A stretch of 64,000 nucleotides of DNA from Desulfatiglandales bacterium (lineage in GTDB: Bacteria > Desulfobacterota > DSM-4660 > Desulfatiglandales > HGW-15): the NCBI GenBank assembly GCA_963667015.2, contig CAXXJJ010000001.1:2208001-2272000 (forward strand), given 5' to 3'. The translations under genes were made by a program, and so were the position numbers. Numbering within the stretch: position 1 is the stretch's first letter; each line of letters opens with the position of its first letter. This document shows, piece after piece, positions 57,295-64,000 of the stretch. The notes under the pieces were generated by a model. That model ran no database searches, was not told where the DNA came from, and worked only from the letters and a program-made list of their open reading frames with translations.

Positions 57295-59294
57295 TCAGTG
57301 CCCGTTCAGAACCTCCCTTACCTTCTCGCTCAGCTCCCTTCGTGAAAAGGGTTTGCTTATAAAGGCAATTCCCTGCTCCAGAACCCCGTGATGTGCAATG
57401 ACATCAGCCGTATAACCTGACATGAAAAGGCATTTTATTTCCGGATATACGACCTGGATTTTTTGTGCAAGCTCCTTTCCGTTCATCTCCGGCATTATCA
57501 CATCTGTCATGAGCATGCGGATCCCTTTCCCATCCTCGGATTGTATGATTTTCATGGCCTCTACCGGTGATGAAGCGGCCAGAACCCTGTAACCGAACCG
57601 TTCAAGCATTGTTTTGATCATCCGCAAAATAACAGTCTCATCTTCAACCAGCAGAATAGTCTCTGATCCCCGGTGCGGTTTCAGGTCTTGTTCCCTTTCC
57701 GGTGCAGGATTAACAGCCTCCACGTGAGACGGGAAATAGAGTTTAAAGGTAGTGCCCTTGCCGGGCTCACTGTAGACATTGATGAACCCCCTGTTCTGCT
57801 TTACAATCCCGTATACAGTTGACAGTCCGAGGCCGCTTCCCCGGCCATCCTCCTTTGTTGTGAAAAAGGGCTCAAAGATATTGGCCTGGGTGGTTTTATC
57901 CATTCCTGCACCGGTGTCGCTGACGCCTATCATGACATACTGGCCCGGCCGACACTCGGAATGTCTATACAGTAATCCTCATCCAGAAGCGCATTGCATG
58001 TTTCAATGGTAATTTTTCCTCCCCCGTCAATAGAGTCCCTTGCATTGATACACAGATTGGCCATTATCTGATCCATCTGGTATGGATCAATTTTTACTGC
58101 ATGTAACCGGTTTCCAGGCCGCCAGGCCAGATCGATATCTTCCCCTATGAGCCGCTTGAGCATCCTGAGCATATCATCGATGATCCGGTTCAGATCAAGT
58201 AACCGGGGCTCGGTGGTCTGTTTTCGTGCAAATGCCAGCAATTGGCGGGTCAGGTGGGTCGAGCGCTCCCCGGCCTTGTATATCTCTTTGAGCAGAGTTC
58301 TAACTGGGCTGGTCTCCTCCAGTTCATCCAGTGCCATCTCCGCATTTCCCAGAATGATGCTAAGCATATTGTTGAAATCATGTGCAACGCCGCCGGCAAG
58401 TCTGCCTATGGCCTCAATCTTCTGTGCCTGTCTGAGCTGTTCTTCCATTTTTCTTTGATTTTCTTCTACCCGCTTCTTTTCAGTAATATCCTGAACTGTA
58501 CCCTGCATGGCCGTGAGGTTGCCTTCATCATCATAGATGCCCTGAAAGGTAGAAAAATAGTGTCCGGTTGATCCGTCAGGTAACAGAAAACGCTGTTCGT
58601 ATTCGCCCGGCTGACGATTCTTCATGGCTTTTTCAATCAGCTCCAGATCCCTTTGATGTTCTTCAGGCCAGGGAGAAAGTGCCTGGATTGAATCTATCTG
58701 GGGAACAAATTCATTCGGGTCCAGTTTGAAAATCCTGTAAACTTCCTCTGACCATTCCACCTCACCGGTATGAATGTCCCAGACCCAGTATCCGAGACTG
58801 GCCATTTTCTGGGCCTCCTTGAGTTTTCTCTGGGCTTCTATAAGGGATTCCTCTGCCTTTTTACGTGCAGTAATGTCCCTGGCAATACCAAGCACACCGA
58901 TAAGTTCTCCCTCAGGGGTTTTCATGGGAGTTTTTATGGTCTCAAACAGGCCAGTATAACTGTTCTCCTGAAATGTGAGCCACTCTTCATTTACTGAAGG
59001 ACTATCAAGTTCCATGGCCCTGCAGTCATTTTCCCGAAAAAAATCGGCCAGCTTCCTTTCAACAAAATCGTAGTCCGTTTTTCCGATAATGTCGGCTTTT
59101 TTCGCACCCAAAAACAGTTCAAGCGTTGGATTGCAATAGAGGTAAACACCCTCCGGATCCTTGAGCCAGATCATATCAGGGACTGTATCCACCAGTATCC
59201 TAAGAAGGGCTTCGGACTTTTGCAGGGTCTTTTGTTCTTTCATGAGGCCCCTGATCTGTTGCTCTAATGTTTCATAACCTGGTTTTAAAGACAT
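57295..59294 (-). CDS. PAS-PAS hybrid sensor histidine kinase / receiver, frameshifted at about 57960-57964
   Basis: GGVAHDFNN, NARD, SDTG.GM..FEPFFTTK..GLGL and REC TDVIMP; one added base gives DHSECRPGQYVMIG. Confidence 0.88.
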
Positions 59295-59495
59295 GTTTAC
59301 CCATTTTTTGCGACAGGTTCGAATAAAACAGGCTCATTCACCAATAGTATATTGGAGCCATGGACCGGTACGCATATGTGCTACAGGAATATTTATGAAT
59401 TTAAGAGGTGTTTAAATGAAAGTATACGTAAGATTAGATTTTCGTTCAAGTAATAATCTCTGTAATTTTGGTTTTCAGCAAAAAGGATGAGAGCC

Positions 59496-59537
59496 TTAAT
59501 GAACCACCCCGCTACAGGCAGCGGGGTGGTTCATTAA
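59496..59537. terminator. Perfect 18-bp hairpin downstream of the 59565..60641 gene
   Basis: TTAATGAACCACCCCGCT-ACAGGC-AGCGGGGTGGTTCATTAA. Confidence 0.6.
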
Positions 59538-59564
59538 TTTAAAATATTCGCGGCTGATCAGATC

Positions 59565-60641
59565 CTATTCGATCGGTTCAAGGGGCCAGCCCATTGATTG
59601 CGCCCTTGGCCCTACGATTGAATGGATCAGATCCACCTCACCGTCTCTCATCCTGAACATGTGGCAATCCACAAGGCCGCTTCCTGTAGGATTTTCGGCA
59701 TTTGCGGTTGCTCCGCCGCCAAACATCATAAAGGCTATGGAAATACCTTTTTCAGTATCAACCCAGACGCGCCTCGGTCCATGATTCATGCTGTTACCCA
59801 TTCGTTTCCTGAATGTCACGGGCGAACAATCATGGTCACTGGCTGTTGTCAGCAGGCCGTTCTCCCAACGGTCGCATACCTTGGCAAAGGGGACGCTCAC
59901 TGTCGAGCCTTCTGCGAAAAGTGCAAAATAATTGTCTGCCGCATCCGCAAGCACCTTGCGCGGTATACGTTTATCCGGCGGCAGGATAGTATCCCAGTCC
60001 TGGTCTTTTGTTTCCAGTTCCTTTTGCACGTTAAAGGCAAAATCTCTCTCCCTGGCTATGATCGTCTCAATTTCCGTGATTTTGCCATTTTCAACTTTAA
60101 GCCGGTTAGCGAACAGGATCGGCCGGACAGTACCCTCTTTGGGTAATTCTTTCGGTCCGCTGAACATGGCGCCTAATCCGCCTCCAGGGCCGGGTGCACC
60201 TGCTGGAGGTTTCTTTGCACCTGCTGGAGGTTTCTTCGCACCGGCAGGGGGTTTGGGTGCTCCAGGAGCTCCGCCGCCTCCGAAACCGCTTCCAAAGCCT
60301 TCTCCAACTGTTTTAGAGCTGAATGGTTCTTCTATTACCGCAATGGTGGCCGTGGTGCATTTTTTTGTATCGATCAGGGTACGTTTGAGCAGGGGTTTGC
60401 CGGCACTTTCCCAGAAGCCTGTTCCAACCTCTTTTTTGACGCCGTTTTCAATGAATTTAGCCGTAGAAGCAAGAGGCAGGCCTGATATACTGTGCTCCTG
60501 AATGGACTTGAAGTACATGTCCGTTATTTTATTAAGTTCTTCTCGGGTACAGCTGTCTTCTCCTGCAAGGGCATTTGAGACAGAAGTGCATATAAGTGCA
60601 GTAAGGCAAAACGTCATAAAAAATATTGCTGTTCGTTTCAT
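59565..60641 (-). CDS. Secreted hypothetical protein with a Gly/Pro-rich insertion
   Basis: Signal peptide from ATG 60641 (GGAGG RBS); CTREEL, FIENG, RLKVENGKITEIETI and CDRWENG. Confidence 0.7.
   Translation of the reverse strand: MKRTAIFFMTFCLTALICTSVSNALAGEDSCTREELNKITDMYFKSIQEHSISGLPLASTAKFIENGVKKEVGTGFWESAGKPLLKRTLIDTKKCTTATIAVIEEPFSSKTVGEGFGSGFGGGGAPGAPKPPAGAKKPPAGAKKPPAGAPGPGGGLGAMFSGPKELPKEGTVRPILFANRLKVENGKITEIETIIARERDFAFNVQKELETKDQDWDTILPPDKRIPRKVLADAADNYFALFAEGSTVSVPFAKVCDRWENGLLTTASDHDCSPVTFRKRMGNSMNHGPRRVWVDTEKGISIAFMMFGGGATANAENPTGSGLVDCHMFRMRDGEVDLIHSIVGPRAQSMGWPLEPIE
60196..60258 (-). repeat. 21-bp coding tandem repeat, three copies (KPPAGA-type unit)
   Basis: gcacctgctggaggtttcttt / gcacctgctggaggtttcttc / gcaccggcagggggtttgggt. 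Confidence 0.85.
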
Positions 60642-61002
60642 CTTTGAATCCTCCGGAACAATACAGTTCGAAATAAATAAAAATATGTGGTTGGTTAAAA
60701 GAATTTCCTCAATTGAAGAGTGAAGTATATGGAGCTGTGTATTGTATGTCAATATACTTTTTTCTCTAATTTCCTGGTGCAACCAGGAAATTTTTACCCT
60801 GTTAAATACCTTAAAATATGATTTGATCAAAACAATACTCAAATCTTGTTTAAAAGGGTTAATTGGTTATTGATCATTGAATAAGGTCTTGAAATTCAGG
60901 TGAAAAAAACTTAAACATAATCCATTAATCAATCCCGGTGTAATAATTTTCTACACCTGTTAAAGCCAGGCAGGTTCGTGTATCTTTGAAATCAAGGAGA
61001 AA

Positions 61003-61198
61003 TATGAGCAATTACAGTATAAAGGACAATACAGTTAAGTACATTTTTATCTGTCTTCTGGGGTTGTCTCTCTTAAGTATTCCTGCCCAAACATCAGCTC
61101 AGGAGCCTTCGGCAACTGATAAATCCGGAGGCATGGAAATTGTCCCCACTCTTGAATGTTGTATATTGAATTTTGAATCAACTGCAATTGGCGGCTAG
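61003..61198 (+). pseudogene. Short ORF with signal peptide, probably a truncated secreted-protein gene
   Basis: AAGGAG RBS and hydrophobic leader ending TSAQE, then an early stop. Confidence 0.35.
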
Positions 61199-61321
61199 CT
61201 GTAAATTGAAAAAACTCTTGCTTTTTCGAGCCATTAATCTTAAATCTAATAATCTATTATTTCTTTTTGAGTTTAATGATTTTCTGCCTTACAAGTCTTA
61301 TCGATTTATACGCCTTAGGTA

Positions 61322-61497
61322 GTGCCCATCCATAAACAGTTTTGAGGCACTAATTGGTTTCCAATTCATAAACGAGATATTTTTTACAAGATCAAGGAAC
61401 TCAAGGAATGGCGCGGAGATGTACTTTAGTACATCGCACAAGTCATTCCGCAGATTGACGCAGAGATTGTGAAAAAGAGCCGTTTATGGATGGAAAC
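61322..61497. mobile_element. MITE-like element, copy C (same ends, different interior)
   Basis: GTGCCCATCCATAAAC...GTTTATGGATGGAAAC; 6-bp direct repeat TAGGTA (61316-61321 and 61498-61503). Confidence 0.8.
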
Positions 61498-61656
61498 TAG
61501 GTAACTGATAATATCTTATTGTAATTGATGAACGTCTATTGATCATTGTTCCAAACTTATGGACGTGATTACGCTTAATGGATCGCTCAAAGGCTGTAAA
61601 ATACTAACAGGCGCAACCTCCTGCGTTTCTTTAAATGTTTACACATGAGGACCTAA

Positions 61657-62280
61657 ATGAACTCTAATAAAGGAGTAGTCTACGTTGTTGAAGATGATGC
61701 ATCTTGTCGTCTAAGTATAGTCTGTATACTTCGCAGGGCCGGACTCGAGGTCGAAACCTTTGAGTCAGCTAATGATTTTTTAGACAATGCCATGATACGT
61801 TATCCCGGGTGTCTGCTGCTGGATGTAATGCTTCCCGATGTGGACGGGCTGAGTCTTCAGTCTGTATTAAGTAAAAATGACTCACATCTTCCTATTGTTT
61901 TCATGTCCGGACATGGCAGTATTTCGATGAGTGTCAAGGCCATGAAGAGAGGTGCAGTAAATTTTTTATCCAAGCCTTTCACACGCGAGGAACTTTTAAG
62001 TGCCATCAATGAAGCGCTTGAACTAAGCGTAAAAGATATGAAGGAGACATTCGAAAAAGATCACATCAATGCACGCATAAAAACCTTAACTCCGCGGGAA
62101 AAAGAAGTCATGCGCTGGGTGATATCCGGAAGACTCAACAAGCAGATTGCCTGGGAACTGGGTACTGTTGAAAAGACCATCAAGGTTCATCGCAGCCGTA
62201 TCATGCAAAAGACAGGGGCTGACTCGGTTGCGGAACTGGTCCGCATGACCGAAAAAATCGGAATTTTACCGGTAGATTGA
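61657..62280 (+). CDS. FixJ/NodW-type response regulator (REC + LuxR HTH)
   Basis: VVEDD, LLDVMLP, FMSGHG, KPF and LTPREKEV..NKQIA..TIKVHR. Confidence 0.92.
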   Translation: MNSNKGVVYVVEDDASCRLSIVCILRRAGLEVETFESANDFLDNAMIRYPGCLLLDVMLPDVDGLSLQSVLSKNDSHLPIVFMSGHGSISMSVKAMKRGAVNFLSKPFTREELLSAINEALELSVKDMKETFEKDHINARIKTLTPREKEVMRWVISGRLNKQIAWELGTVEKTIKVHRSRIMQKTGADSVAELVRMTEKIGILPVD

Positions 62281-62417
62281 TTATTCATTTATTCCATCTA
62301 TAGATTGTCCACCATGTGTTATCAATAATCTTTCCGGGCAACAGGAATTGCTTTCCCGGGAATTTCCTTACTTAATCGAAATATTCTCTATATCAAATTT
62401 AATAGAATATATGGTTT

Positions 62418-62437
62418 TATTGGACCAAAGTCCAATA
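62418..62437. promoter_or_regulatory. Palindromic candidate regulator-binding site
   Basis: TATTGGAC-CAAA-GTCCAATA, perfect 8-bp arms in AT-rich intergenic DNA. Confidence 0.45.
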
Positions 62438-62744
62438 GACAGAAATAAATTTTCATATTATTTAAATTTTAATTTATCTATTTAATCTCCATTTCCATTA
62501 ATCCTGATGAGTCGGCTTTCCTTTTTTTAAAATAATTATGGAGGTTTTGTCTTAACTATTATTTAAAGAAATTGATAATAAATTTATCTCAGATATGCGT
62601 GCATCTGTTCTGCTGGATATCCACAAAAAATAATGGATATTAATCAGCCGGGTATAACGGTATCTAGGGAAAAATAAAAAGGTAGGGCTTTAATTACTCC
62701 TCTCTCCAGCGCTGCCTTTTTATTTTATCTGATCTGCCTGAGAC

Positions 62745-62915
62745 TGTTCTGCATACTAATACCAGAAATCTTGATTATCATCCATATGTTCATGTCCTCA
62801 TTCCGGCTGGCGGTGTGGACAAAAAATCCAAACATTGGAAAAAGAAAAAAGGAAAATATCTTTTCAACAAAGATGCCCTTGCCAGGGTCCTCCGCACAAT
62901 CTATCCTTATTCGTT
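62745..62915 (+). mobile_element. Internally deleted remnant of the YR/IS91 element
   Basis: Diverged copy of the HUH-coding segment (VLHTNTRNLDYHPYVHVLIPAGG) joined to 26 bp identical to the element right end (CTCCGCACAATCTATCCTTATTCGTT). Confidence 0.88.
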
Positions 62916-62955
62916 AATGATGGCTAAAAAGAAGATATATTACGAGATACTTTGT

Positions 62956-62984
62956 TTGACATAAAAGGGTATTTGCTCTATACT
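62956..62984 (+). promoter_or_regulatory. Sigma70-type promoter
   Basis: TTGACA-17 bp-TATACT upstream of the GPH transporter. Confidence 0.7.
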
Positions 62985-63047
62985 TCCGCGATTAAATTGA
63001 ACAGCTTTTTACAAATCACTTCCCAAAAATTCAAAAATAGGTGAAAT

Positions 63048-64000
63048 ATGACAAATTCTGCAAAAAGCACTGCCTCTACTCAAGATTTTGCTGTGAAATT
63101 ACCCGTGAAAGAAAAAATTGGTTACAGTCTGGGAGATATGGCTTCCAATCTTTATTTTGGAATCTTTATGACATTCCTTCCTATATTTTATACGGATGTA
63201 TTCGGACTTTCAGCTGCTGCAATGGGATGGATGATTCTGATTACCAAATTTTGGGACGCTGTCAATGATCCAATTATGGGTATGATAGCAGACAGGACTG
63301 AAAGCCGGTGGGGTAAATATCGTCCTTACATCATAAGCATGGCTCCATTTCTTGGTATTTGCGGAGTTCTGGCATTCTATACACCCGATTTTGAAGCCTC
63401 GGGAAAACTGATCTATGCCTATATAACCTATACACTTGTATTAATGCTCTACACAGCGGCGAACGTTCCATATTCGGCGTTGATGGGAGTTATGTCTCCC
63501 AGTTCACTTGAACGGACGAGCGCATCCCAGTACAGGTTTGTTTCTGCCTTTATCGGTCAGTCCATAGTGTCGGGTGCAACACTTTATCTGGTGAGTTATT
63601 TCGGGAATGGAAATGACCAGGCAGGGTGGATGCGCACAGCTGGCGCCTATGGCCTTCTGGCTTTTGTATTACTGGCAATTACTTTCTTTTCAACAAAAGA
63701 AAGAGTACACATGTCAAAAACCCAGCAGGGAAATACTAAACAGGACCTCAAGGACCTGTTTCAGAACAAGCCCTGGGTATTAATCGGTGTTGCTACCTTT
63801 TTCCAGCTTGTTTATATTGTAATGCGCAGTTCTTCTGTTACATATTTTTTTAAATATTACGTTCTTGATCAACAATTAACTATTTTTAACTATACAACAA
63901 ACCTTACTGTCACGAGTTTTACATCAAACTTTCTTCTTCTTGGTAATATTGCAGGTTTACTGGGCGCGATTTATGCGAAATCATTTGCCAGAACAGTGGA
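63048..64000 (+). CDS. Glycoside-pentoside-hexuronide (GPH/MelB-type) sugar:cation symporter (runs off the window)
   Basis: Manual translation EKIGYSLGDMASN..FYTDVFG..DAVNDPIMG..ADRT.SRWGKYRPY; missing from the ORF track because no stop is in the window. Confidence 0.92.
   Translation, partial: MTNSAKSTASTQDFAVKLPVKEKIGYSLGDMASNLYFGIFMTFLPIFYTDVFGLSAAAMGWMILITKFWDAVNDPIMGMIADRTESRWGKYRPYIISMAPFLGICGVLAFYTPDFEASGKLIYAYITYTLVLMLYTAANVPYSALMGVMSPSSLERTSASQYRFVSAFIGQSIVSGATLYLVSYFGNGNDQAGWMRTAGAYGLLAFVLLAITFFSTKERVHMSKTQQGNTKQDLKDLFQNKPWVLIGVATFFQLVYIVMRSSSVTYFFKYYVLDQQLTIFNYTTNLTVTSFTSNFLLLGNIAGLLGAIYAKSFARTV

Noticed and set aside
59496..59537. IS200/IS605 end or PATE
   Set aside because: Single copy with no partner end or tnpA/tnpB; its position fits a terminator
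1144..60723. Numerous short antisense or alternate-frame ORFs (for example 1144..1584, 4900..5412, 5618..5866, 59932..60501)
   Set aside because: They overlap well-supported genes or promoter regions and have no recognisable motifs
62503..62521. CTGATGAG hammerhead ribozyme core
   Set aside because: No following stem II plus GAAA and no closing stems found
63041..63268. 75-aa ORF from the track
   Set aside because: Out-of-frame shadow of the GPH transporter starting at 63048

Overview
Bacterial genomic DNA. Gene content and repeat style suggest an anaerobic deltaproteobacterium (Desulfobacterota-like); this is inference, as no marker gene is present. From 1 to 33.2 kb the window holds secreted and lipoprotein hydrolases (three GH43 proteins, esterases, CocE, an M28 peptidase, two paralogous beta-helix proteins). 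It also holds a sugar-acid operon combining a YjhG/YagF-type xylonate dehydratase, an FAH-family dehydratase and a KGSA dehydrogenase (lower Weimberg pathway) with gntP, gntK and gnd. From 33.2 to 51.6 kb lies a mobile-DNA hot spot: vapBC between remnants of a Y1/RAYT-type element, a segmental duplication, an IS21 nested in a MITE, an AT-rich island (eukaryote-type UGPase, radical SAM, NDT/TIR-like-Nudix fusion), an IS1380 fragment, and a Y1/RAYT transposase with terminal inverted repeats. From 51.7 to 64 kb are CocE, NTF2/SnoaL and DUF proteins, two-component genes and a GPH sugar transporter. The best candidate for an under-described system is a 2.3-kb element (34763-37092) encoding an IntI-related tyrosine recombinase plus an IS91-type HUH transposase. 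It is inserted at a GTT, ends in an integron attC-like hairpin, and may need a -1 frameshift to make active recombinase. Three other single-base frameshifts in short homopolymers look like sequencing errors. No rRNA, tRNA or CRISPR array was seen.
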